This document shows, piece by piece, positions 19,978 through 27,393 of a stretch of 35,210 nt of DNA (the stretch's first letter is position 1; every line of letters starts with the position of its first letter). The notes beneath the pieces were generated by a model that did not search any database, had not been told where the DNA came from, and saw nothing but the letters and a program-made list of their open reading frames with translations. The DNA is from a virus (lineage: Duplodnaviria > Heunggongvirae > Uroviricota > Caudoviricetes), in IMG/VR virus record IMGVR_UViG_2565956633_000004, positions 1 to 35,210 of that record, one strand, 5' to 3'. The translations under genes and the position numbers were made by a program.

Positions 19978-20450
19978 ACCTCAATCTCTCTGACCGTTCC
20001 GCCAGCCTCTTTGAATTTTGCAATCAGGCTGTCAGCCTTATGCTCGAACTGGCCATAACCAGCGCCCGGCAGTGAAGCCCAGATATTGCTGCAACGGTCG
20101 ATTGCCTGACGAATATCACCGCGGTCAATCATCGGTAAAGCACCACGCTCTTTAATCTGCTGCAGAGCTACAGCGTCCTGGCTTTCTGGAGAAAAATCTT
20201 TCAGGTCAAGCTGTTTACGGTAAGCATCCCACCAGCGTGAAAGAAGCTGGTAACGTCCGGCTGCTGTTGATTTGAGTTTGGGGTTTAGCGTGACAAGTTT
20301 GCGAGGGTGATCGGAGTAATCAGTGAATAGCTCTCCGCCTACAATGACGTCATAACCATGATTTCTGGTTTTCTGACGTCCGTTATCTGTTCCCTCTGAC
20401 CACGCCAGCATATCGAGGAACGCCTTACGTTGATTATTGATTTCCACCAT
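19974..20450 (-). CDS. R: Endolysin, lambda R-type lytic transglycosylase
   Basis: 158 aa beginning [39 protein letters not shown], essentially lambda R as I recall it. Confidence 0.95.
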   Translation of the reverse strand: MVEINNQRKAFLDMLAWSEGTDNGRQKTRNHGYDVIVGGELFTDYSDHPRKLVTLNPKLKSTAAGRYQLLSRWWDAYRKQLDLKDFSPESQDAVALQQIKERGALPMIDRGDIRQAIDRCSNIWASLPGAGYGQFEHKADSLIAKFKEAGGTVREIEV

Positions 20451-20757
20451 CTTCTACTCCGGCTTTTTTAGCAGCGAAGCGTTTGATAAGCGAACCAATC
20501 GAGTCAGTACCGATGTAGCCGATGAACACGCTCGTTATATAAGCGAGATTGCTACTTAGTCCGGCGAAGTCGAGAAGGTCACGAATGAACCAGGCGATAA
20601 TGGCGCACATCGTTGCGTCGATTACTGTTTTTGTAAACGCACCGCCATTATATCTGCCGCGAAGGTACGCCATTGCAAACGCAAGGATTGCCCCGATGCC
20701 TTGTTCCTTTGCCGCGAGAATGGCGGCTAACAGGTCATGTTTTTCTGGCATCTTCAT
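20434..20757 (-). CDS. S: Holin, lambda S-type with dual start (S107/S105)
   Basis: [43 protein letters not shown]... matches lambda S as I recall it; Met1-Lys2-Met3 dual-start motif. Confidence 0.95.
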   Translation of the reverse strand: MKMPEKHDLLAAILAAKEQGIGAILAFAMAYLRGRYNGGAFTKTVIDATMCAIIAWFIRDLLDFAGLSSNLAYITSVFIGYIGTDSIGSLIKRFAAKKAGVEDGGNQ

Positions 20758-21162
20758 GTCTTACCCACAATAAGGGGATTTGCTCTATTTAATTAGGAAT
20801 AAGGTCGATTACTGATAGAACAAATCCAGGCTACTGTGTTTAGTAATCAGATTTGTTCGTGACCGATATGCACGAGCAAAACGGCAGGAGGTTGTTAGCG
20901 CAGCCTCCTGCCACCCGCTTTCACGAAGGTCATGTGTAGAAGGCCGCAGCGTAACTATCACTAATGAATTCAGGACAGACAGTGGCTACGGCTCAGTTTG
21001 GGTTGTGCTGTTGCTGGGCGGCGATGACGCCTGTACGCATTTGGTGATCCGGTTCTGCTTCCGGTATTCGCTTAATTCAGCACAACGGAAAGAGCACTGG
21101 CTAACCAGGCTCGCCGACTCTTCACGATTATCGACTCAATGCTCTTACCTGTTGTGCAGATA

Positions 21163-21224
21163 TAAAAAATCCCGAAACCGTTATGCAGGCTCTAACTATT
21201 ACCTGCGAACTGTTTCGGGATTGC
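21163..21224 (-). terminator. tR'-like terminator ending the short late leader transcript
   Basis: Minus-strand AATCCCGAAAC ... GTTTCGGGATTTTTTAT compound hairpin with U-tract, about 190 nt downstream of the predicted late promoter. Confidence 0.7.
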
Positions 21225-21355
21225 ATTTTGCAGACCTCTCAGCCTGCGATGGTTGGAGTTCCAGACGATACGTCGAAGTGACCAACTAGGCGGAATCGGT
21301 AGTAAGCGCCGCCTCTTTTTATCTCACTACCACAACGAGCGAATTAACCCATCGT
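21165..21355 (-). ncRNA. Lambda 6S-like late leader RNA (pR' to tR' transcript)
   Basis: Interval between predicted late-promoter start and tR'-like terminator; sequence downstream of CAACGATGGGTTAATTCGCTCG resembles the lambda late leader as I recall it. Confidence 0.55.
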
Positions 21356-21362
21356 TGGGAAA

Positions 21363-21391
21363 ATCTTATCCATATTTTTTGAAAAATGCAA
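21363..21391 (-). promoter_or_regulatory. Late promoter (pR'-like) with presumed Q-utilisation site
   Basis: Minus-strand TTGCAT-17 nt-TAAGAT just after the Q stop codon. Confidence 0.5.
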
Positions 21392-21422
21392 GCATCATGT
21401 CGTCATCTTCGGCGAAAACCAT

Positions 21423-22175
21423 TTATCTTGTCACTTTTCTCAATTGTGTCTCTGCATATGCTTCTTCCTGCCAGCACTTTGTAACCAGTTTATCAATGAC
21501 ATCTGCATATCCTTTGTACCACTGATAATCCGTCAGATCCGGTACCAGCTTCTGGACATGATGCCGCGCCAGTGTGGTTGGTAAACGGCTAAACCGGTTT
21601 CCATTGCAACGCCCACAAATCTTATAAACAGGCGCACCATGAAGCCGGGTTCTTTTTTCATCCAGTACAATACCTTTCCCCTTACACCCTCTGCACGCTG
21701 TGCTGACCTCTCCCTTACCATGACAATGCTGACATAGTTCCTTCACCCACTCTTCCTTGATAACAGATTCCCCGCTTCTGGAGTGTTTCACCACTTCGCG
21801 CAATACATTATGAAATCCAGTACCAGCACAATGCTCACAGCGAGCCTTACTTGCCGCAGACCTGGAATAATCAGCAAAGGCAAAATTCACAAGGTAAGGG
21901 ATGATCTGTAACCGGGTTTCTTCACTCAATTTGTTCAATGTCGGGTTATCCAGTGCCATCGCGTAATTGAGCAGACCTTCAATCGCAAACTGAGGATCCT
22001 GAACACCAACTTTTGCCAGAAATAAGGCAAACCCAAGCGGTGCTTTCGACTGCACCATCCCCTGCGCAGCCATCACATCCGTAATCGTTAAACCACCCGA
22101 GCCTGTCGCCGGTGCCTCATCGCTCAATTTGGGAGATTTTGGGGAGTAATATTTTGGTAAGGCTTCAAGGTTCAT
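21423..22175 (-). CDS. Q: Late antiterminator Q (lambda Q family) with expanded CxxCxGxG zinc-finger repeats
   Basis: YSPKSP, TDVMAAQGM, FAFADYSRSAA...ARCEHCAGTG and C-terminal ...VTR parallel lambda Q as I recall it; four CxxCxGxG motifs; sits directly upstream of late promoter and S. Confidence 0.75.
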   Translation of the reverse strand: MNLEALPKYYSPKSPKLSDEAPATGSGGLTITDVMAAQGMVQSKAPLGFALFLAKVGVQDPQFAIEGLLNYAMALDNPTLNKLSEETRLQIIPYLVNFAFADYSRSAASKARCEHCAGTGFHNVLREVVKHSRSGESVIKEEWVKELCQHCHGKGEVSTACRGCKGKGIVLDEKRTRLHGAPVYKICGRCNGNRFSRLPTTLARHHVQKLVPDLTDYQWYKGYADVIDKLVTKCWQEEAYAETQLRKVTR

Positions 22176-22188
22176 GCTCGTTCTCCAC

Positions 22189-23184
22189 TTACGCCAGTAC
22201 GCCTATTGCCAGCGCACGATCGATAAAACGAAATATCAGCTCCAACTGGGAGCCATACTTCTCTTCAAATGCCACGGTATCCGCATGCAGCTCGTCGTGA
22301 TGCTTTCTGCACAAAGGCAACACAAAGAGGTCATGCGCTTTTGTACCCATTCCACCCTGACCGTGACCTATCAGGTGGTGGGGATCATCAGCAGGCTTTC
22401 CACAACATGCACACGGCTGCGTCTTAACCCAGCGCGTGTACTTTTCGTTAACCCAGCGGCGACGTTTAGGGCGTAACATAAAAGACTCCGGCGACTCCGG
22501 ATCCACTTTCAGCGCCAGCACCTTTTTCGCTTTATCCTGGATGATGCTGGTGGCAGGAACCGAAGGCACAAGATCACTTTCCCGGGTGACAGACGGCACA
22601 ACAGGCTTCGGTAATCTCAGTGCCTTACGGGCTGCACTTTCCGGTAAGGCATCCGCCAGATCATTACGAATCAGCCACCAGCACAGTTCCGGCATTGTCA
22701 CAACGTGACTGTCATCAAAACCGAGATCCCGACGCACAACAGACAACACCCAGCGGGCACAGTTATCCGTTGCCATTGATTCCAGCCGTTCCGTGAACTG
22801 ATCGCGCAACTGGTTATCGCAGTGCCAGCACAGACGGATTGCGCCCGGCGCGTGTCGCATTGTTGTCATGTTCTCGCTGTGCCAGTCGGAATGAGGCCAC
22901 TGGCAGCCTTTTTCACGAAGTAACCAGCTTTCAAGACATTCCACGCCACCAGCACGACGGATCACTGCCTCATTGCGGAACACGGCCCGAACGGCAGGAT
23001 CATCCGCCAGCGGTTGTGATGCCGCCGGAACGGCACCACTGGCAAAAGATGAATAACGTTCTGGCTCAGGCTCCAGCAGGACACGCCCCTGCATAAACAG
23101 GGGCATCAGCTCTGAACCGGGTCTGAACAATACGATCCCCATACGCGGGGCAATTTCAGGGGTCAGTAGTGCTCTCACGGTCAC
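22189..23184 (-). CDS. DUF968-type lambdoid protein with C-terminal HNH-like Cys/His motif
   Basis: 331 aa; C-terminus PCACCGKPADDPHHLIGHGQGG...LCRKHHDELH; typical position between RusA-type genes and Q. Confidence 0.45.
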   Translation of the reverse strand: MTVRALLTPEIAPRMGIVLFRPGSELMPLFMQGRVLLEPEPERYSSFASGAVPAASQPLADDPAVRAVFRNEAVIRRAGGVECLESWLLREKGCQWPHSDWHSENMTTMRHAPGAIRLCWHCDNQLRDQFTERLESMATDNCARWVLSVVRRDLGFDDSHVVTMPELCWWLIRNDLADALPESAARKALRLPKPVVPSVTRESDLVPSVPATSIIQDKAKKVLALKVDPESPESFMLRPKRRRWVNEKYTRWVKTQPCACCGKPADDPHHLIGHGQGGMGTKAHDLFVLPLCRKHHDELHADTVAFEEKYGSQLELIFRFIDRALAIGVLA

Positions 23185-23185
23185 C

Positions 23186-24016
23186 TCAATGAACGGTATC
23201 GAGCAGCTTTAACAGCTCAGGGAATCGGGATTCGAAGAAATGCGGCTGCGTCTCGCGCGGATTTGCGGGACTGGTGATGTTCTTGCCGAACATGCAGCCT
23301 TTCGCCGTCAGCGACCAGAATTTTTTGATGTTGTTAATCCCGGTACGGCTGTATCGTTCGCGCTGCTCGACGATCCCCAGCTTCACCATCTGGTGATATG
23401 CCTGATTAGCTGTCAGGCGGATACCATACTGCTTGAGCAGTGCACTCAGTGACAGTGTCGGGCGACTTGAGCCATCGTGTGCATCAGCAGGAGCATCAAT
23501 GGCATAGCGCGGTGCCAGATTCGGTAAGCCAACAGCCTCCTGGAGTTTCTGACAGGCTCCAAGCACTGAAGAGTTAGACAGGTTTAATTCCCGGCGCATA
23601 AAGTCCAGCAGAATCACACCAGCCTGCATCTTGTCAGCAGCCTGTCCGGATAATTTTTCCGGTGCGCTGGTTACCATGTCGAAAGTACGGATCACCTTCA
23701 GATGGAATGACGGGCTTATCCACATTGCATAGGCATACACCAGTTCTTTGCAGACATACGTCCCCTGGTTATTTCCGCCACGAATAACGTTAACTGGCTC
23801 TATATTGACCGAGTTGCAAATCTGCAACTCGCTTATTAAACGTTCAGTTTGCTCATTGCGGAGCCAGAATGCAGGCTTATGCTTATCCAGAGAACCGGCA
23901 GCCCTGTGCAGATCGTTCAGGCTGTAACGACCATAAGCATCACGACGAACTTCAATACCATCAATGACCATCAGATTATTCATACTTCGTTTCTCCTCTT
24001 GATCAGGCGGCTGCAC
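23186..24016 (-). CDS. KilA-N domain protein (possible antirepressor-like)
   Basis: 276 aa; GRYSLNDLHRAAG...KPAFWLRNEQTERLI and GTYVCKELVYAYAMWISPSFHLKVI resemble KilA-N. Confidence 0.45.
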   Translation of the reverse strand: MQPPDQEEKRSMNNLMVIDGIEVRRDAYGRYSLNDLHRAAGSLDKHKPAFWLRNEQTERLISELQICNSVNIEPVNVIRGGNNQGTYVCKELVYAYAMWISPSFHLKVIRTFDMVTSAPEKLSGQAADKMQAGVILLDFMRRELNLSNSSVLGACQKLQEAVGLPNLAPRYAIDAPADAHDGSSRPTLSLSALLKQYGIRLTANQAYHQMVKLGIVEQRERYSRTGINNIKKFWSLTAKGCMFGKNITSPANPRETQPHFFESRFPELLKLLDTVH

Positions 24017-24392
24017 CCGCCGTTTTCTCGTACTTACTGATGGTGATCTCGACCTTCCCTTTCGGGATAACCGGTCCCCACTCCACCAGCATTCTTTTCA
24101 CCTGTCTGTCGTCTTCCCACACACCCGCGTGGGTCAACGCGTCAAACAGCGCCTTGTTATAGTTGTCCAGATCGCGGATCCGGTTATCCGGAGGAAACAA
24201 CACGATCTCCACTGAAGCAGGTGCCGACGTTGGTTTTGGCAGACGACGTAACTGCTCAACTATTGCTGCGCACGCCGCGCTCTGAAATTTTCGCCCCGCC
24301 GCGCTTATCAGGCTCTTACCAGCAAATGCCCCTTTGTTGGGGTGTCGCCAGTACGAGTTCACGCTGGGCGGGAAAGGCAGGATCAGCTTCAT
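24003..24392 (-). CDS. rusA: Holliday junction resolvase RusA
   Basis: 129 aa; LPFPPSVNSYWR...RDLDNYNKALFDALTHAGVWEDDRQV parallels E. coli RusA catalytic motifs as I recall them. Confidence 0.85.
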   Translation of the reverse strand: MKLILPFPPSVNSYWRHPNKGAFAGKSLISAAGRKFQSAACAAIVEQLRRLPKPTSAPASVEIVLFPPDNRIRDLDNYNKALFDALTHAGVWEDDRQVKRMLVEWGPVIPKGKVEITISKYEKTAGAAA

Positions 24393-24715
24393 ACTTTCAG
24401 GCCTCTCTCATGTAACCAGTGGGTTGCACGCAGCCTGGCGTTTTCCTCACCGGCAAGCAGTGCGCGGATAATCCCGACCGCCTCGCTGTCGTCGTCCTTC
24501 ACCGCGGTATGAAGCGTTATCCCCCGGGCCACGCCACGCTTTATCGTGATGACGCCTTTTTTCTCCAGTGCGCGAAGATGCTCCACCGCTGCATTCACTG
24601 AACGGTATCCCAGCATGGTTGCCACCTCCTGATTGGTTGGCGGGAAGCCACGTTCTTTCTGGTAAGAAATCAGCATATCCAGCACCTGCTGCTGGCATTG
24701 AGTTAACGTAGTCAT
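24389..24715 (-). CDS. LexA N-terminal DNA-binding-domain homolog lacking the S24 peptidase domain
   Basis: 108 aa from ATG 24715 (TAATG coupling to upstream gene): TQCQQQVLDMLISYQKERGFPPTNQEVATMLGYRSVNAAVEHLRALEKKGVITIKRGVARGITL aligns residue by residue with the LexA winged-helix domain; only ~40 further aa, no Ser/Lys dyad. Confidence 0.65.
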   Translation of the reverse strand: MTTLTQCQQQVLDMLISYQKERGFPPTNQEVATMLGYRSVNAAVEHLRALEKKGVITIKRGVARGITLHTAVKDDDSEAVGIIRALLAGEENARLRATHWLHERGLKV

Positions 24716-25209
24716 TAAGCCCCCACGTAATTCCCTGACAGATACCACTCATCACCCGATACAGCGCGCTTGCTGCTTTTCCGTAAACACTGCTCACGAC
24801 GCGCCAGAAAATTGTTTCGTTCTGGCTGGGAGTGGCTTTCACGGAATGCCGCCATCCACACCGTTGCAGCACGACGGTATAAGCCCCTGGACTCCAGTTC
24901 TTCCGCCTGGCGGGTCAGGCACAAAATCACCCGGGGATCGTTAGTGCCGACATAGAAATTGCGCACAGGTCTGGTTTCACGAACTGGTTGTGGTTCCGGA
25001 TCCTGCGCTCTCTCAGTCAGGCGCGGGAAATGTCTGTGTGTATCTCCTTCACAACGGTGAGCCACACGCCCACTCTGACGTAACTTGCTTGCTGACTGCA
25101 GAACGCGCTGCCGTGAGTAACCTGCAAAAGCATCCGCAATGTCTCCGGAAGTACAGCCCGGATGGGCTTCAATGAATTTCTGAACGTCATTCAAAAGACT
25201 CATAATCAC
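24715..25209 (-). CDS. Hypothetical protein, YfdN-like (164 aa)
   Basis: ATGA overlap with O-like gene; N-terminal winged-helix-like segment; same length and position as CPS-53 yfdN. Confidence 0.45.
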   Translation of the reverse strand: MIMSLLNDVQKFIEAHPGCTSGDIADAFAGYSRQRVLQSASKLRQSGRVAHRCEGDTHRHFPRLTERAQDPEPQPVRETRPVRNFYVGTNDPRVILCLTRQAEELESRGLYRRAATVWMAAFRESHSQPERNNFLARREQCLRKSSKRAVSGDEWYLSGNYVGA

Positions 25210-26147
25210 CCCCTGAATCCTGCCGGGATCTGGCTGTAGTCCACGTTGTCGTAACTGGATTTGAAGTACGGGTCTTCGCGTTTTTCGGTGTACGTGCTTA
25301 CGGACGGCGATAAGCGCAGGGAAAGCTCATCCCATTTTTCCCGCAGCTTCGACGGGCTGAGCACGTTACGGCACCAGAACGGATCGCGGCTGACGCGGCT
25401 GTACATCTCGCAGATTTGTTTGTGAGTACGACCATCCTGCACACACATCAGGCGAATTTCGTTTGCCCAGGCTGTCCAGTTCGGTTCTTTGGGACGAACC
25501 ACCTCGCCGTCACATTCGGCAGCCTGCTCGTACAGGGCGATGATTTTTTTCCAGAGCCACTGTGCGCAGGTCAAATCATCCTGCGTCCCCCACTGGCGTT
25601 TTTTAGGGCTGAATACAACCGCATCAGGATGGCGAGTTAAAAAATCCTGTTCAGCCGTCTGCGTGTCCGGTTGCGAAGCGTCCGGACGAGAAGGTTTTTT
25701 ATCTGATGGATCATGTTTTGATTTTACTGACGGATCCCCGCCAGATTCTGACGGGTGAAAACCCGCTTTTTTGCCAGATTTCGACGCATCAAATTTTGAC
25801 GGGTCAGATTTTGATGCGTCAGATTTTGACGGGTCAGAATCTGACAGTTGAGAAAATGCCGCTGCCTGAAGCTTCGCAACGTTAAGCTGATAAACATTCG
25901 ACGCATTGCGGTTACCCTGGCGACGCGCCTTACGCGTTAACCAGCCTTCTGCTTCCAGCCGTGCGATAGCCGTTCTGACGGTACTCATCCCCGCGCCAAT
26001 CTGGCGGGCAATGGTTTCAATTGATGGCCAGCACACACCTTCGTCATTACTGAAATCAGCCAGGCGTGCCATAATTGCCACGCTGGATAATTTCATGCCT
26101 GACGCTGCGCAACCATCCCATACATAGCCGGTTAATTTAGTGCTCAT
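25206..26147 (-). CDS. Replication initiation protein (O-like) carrying the origin iterons in its coding sequence
   Basis: 313 aa; N-terminal HTH-like region; central repetitive SDSDPSKSDASKSDPSKFDASKSG encoded by DNA iterons. Confidence 0.65.
   Translation of the reverse strand: MSTKLTGYVWDGCAASGMKLSSVAIMARLADFSNDEGVCWPSIETIARQIGAGMSTVRTAIARLEAEGWLTRKARRQGNRNASNVYQLNVAKLQAAAFSQLSDSDPSKSDASKSDPSKFDASKSGKKAGFHPSESGGDPSVKSKHDPSDKKPSRPDASQPDTQTAEQDFLTRHPDAVVFSPKKRQWGTQDDLTCAQWLWKKIIALYEQAAECDGEVVRPKEPNWTAWANEIRLMCVQDGRTHKQICEMYSRVSRDPFWCRNVLSPSKLREKWDELSLRLSPSVSTYTEKREDPYFKSSYDNVDYSQIPAGFRG
25741..25850. repeat. Origin iterons (about six ~17-18 bp direct repeats, CAGATTTTGACGGGT-like)
   Basis: Tandem repeats visible in the sequence: ccagattctgacgggtg / ccagatttcgacgcatc / aaattttgacgggtcag / attttgatgcgtcag / attttgacgggtcag / aatctgacagttg. 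Confidence 0.7.
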
Positions 26148-26358
26148 GACCGACCTCTATTTCCCTGAATTTACGACGAAACTGTTCGAGCGGACTGAAG
26201 CACTCATGCTCATAGCCTTCGCGGAGGTAGATAACCCGTTGTGTTTCCGGTTCCCAACGAATGACTCTGACGGGCACTCCGTAGTGATCTTTGAACCAGC
26301 GGTTAACTTGTCGCAAAGGACTGTCTCCTTCTGCCGGTTGAAATCCCCCACAGCCCAC
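26137..26358 (-). CDS. Hypothetical protein, 3' part of a possibly frameshifted gene
   Basis: 73-aa frame with GTG start and no RBS; overlaps the O-like start by 11 nt. Confidence 0.3.
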   Translation of the reverse strand: MGCGGFQPAEGDSPLRQVNRWFKDHYGVPVRVIRWEPETQRVIYLREGYEHECFSPLEQFRRKFREIEVGHEH

Positions 26359-26495
26359 TCTGCAAAGCTGTGGGTTACAATTTCCCTGTCACCTGGTACA
26401 TTCACTGCATAGCAATACTCCACCTTCGCTTTTCCACCCGGTACAGGAAGCGCAATCAGTTGCGAGCGACGGTAGTGTGTTGTTAAACTGTTCAT
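26157..26495 (-). CDS. Hypothetical protein, 5' part of a possibly frameshifted gene
   Basis: Protein-like only for the first ~55 codons; frame then degrades while the overlapping frame (26137-26358) becomes protein-like; junction at a G5 run. Confidence 0.3.
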   Translation of the reverse strand: MNSLTTHYRRSQLIALPVPGGKAKVEYCYAVNVPGDREIVTHSFAEWAVGDFNRQKETVLCDKLTAGSKITTECPSESFVGNRKHNGLSTSAKAMSMSASVRSNSFVVNSGK

Positions 26496-27043
26496 GCGTT
26501 AGTTTCTCCACAGTCACGACACGCCACGGCGCCCGGAGCTGCACACTCGCGGGCGTCACTACTTTCTGAAACGCAAAAGATTTTGTAGACCAGTGCTGCA
26601 TGCTCCTGCAGCTTCGAAATTGAGAGGTACAGCTCATCGTTAATTGCTGTCTTCTCATGCGGTTCCACTACACCGTCTTCAATTGCTGAACGAATCTGTT
26701 TTGAATAACTGCCGATCTGTTCAATGACCTCCAGCAGGCGTTGGTTGATATCGGCGTTGTCCACATCCTCGATGTCAGGAAGAGACACAAATACGCCATT
26801 TGCAGACTGCGCCACAGCATCAGCAATGAAGTGAGTGCCACCAGCACGCTGTAAAACCATTGCCCATCCCAGCGGGAAAATCTGATCGCCATCTGCACGA
26901 AGGCGGTTGAATAAAGCGTTTTCTGTTACATCGAGCCAATCAGCCGCTTCAGCGTAACCACCCGGCAACGCCGCGATAGTTTTTCTGACAGCTTTCACGT
27001 ACCACTCAGGCTGTTTTTCTATTTTCCAGTGATGCTTACCCAC
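26492..27043 (-). CDS. Putative CII-like / YdaT-family early regulator
   Basis: 183-aa ORF immediately after cro-like gene in the early-right operon; assignment by position and rough recollection only. Confidence 0.35.
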   Translation of the reverse strand: MGKHHWKIEKQPEWYVKAVRKTIAALPGGYAEAADWLDVTENALFNRLRADGDQIFPLGWAMVLQRAGGTHFIADAVAQSANGVFVSLPDIEDVDNADINQRLLEVIEQIGSYSKQIRSAIEDGVVEPHEKTAINDELYLSISKLQEHAALVYKIFCVSESSDARECAAPGAVACRDCGETNA

Positions 27044-27296
27044 GGTTCACCTCCTGTTCCTGTGGTTTAAACCCATTCTGGTTTTGGCTAGATTGAAAAC
27101 GTGCCGGATAAAGAATCTGCATTTCGCTGATTTCACCCTTAAAAAAATTGGCTAAACGTTCTGCAAGCTCGATAGATGGAATCTGCTCCAGCCTCTCAAT
27201 ACGACTCAACGTCGCTGGATTGACTTGAACACCCGCAGCAACATGCTGCAAAGTGAAACCATGCGCCTTACGCACATTTCGTAATGGTGATTGCAT
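27036..27296 (-). CDS. Cro-like HTH repressor
   Basis: 86 aa, HTH (GFTLQHVAAGVQVNPATLSRIE); GGAGG RBS; divergent from cI across an operator-rich region. Confidence 0.65.
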   Translation of the reverse strand: MQSPLRNVRKAHGFTLQHVAAGVQVNPATLSRIERLEQIPSIELAERLANFFKGEISEMQILYPARFQSSQNQNGFKPQEQEVNRG

Positions 27297-27393
27297 ATAT
27301 CCTCCAAATATTGCGCGTTATGCATGTTATTTCACGCAAGTATTTTGCGCAAGTTGATTTGCTTATCACGCAATAAAGAAATGTAATAAACGC
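27297..27393. promoter_or_regulatory. Immunity-region operator/promoter block (divergent cI and cro promoters)
   Basis: Repeated CGCAA/TTGCG half-sites (ttgcgcg, cacgcaagtattttgcgcaag, cacgcaa) across the 97-bp intergenic region; cI ATG preceded by TAATAA close enough for a leaderless transcript. Confidence 0.6.

Noticed and set aside
20758-21422. Possible tRNA genes between Q and S (common in lambdoid prophages)
   Set aside because: No cloverleaf-compatible segment or GTTCGAATC-type T-loop found by eye; the region is instead explained by the late promoter, tR' and leader hairpins.
24447-24872. 141-aa minus-strand ORF overlapping the LexA-like and YfdN-like genes
   Set aside because: Alternative frame of two better-supported, translationally coupled genes; Arg/Gly-rich composition.
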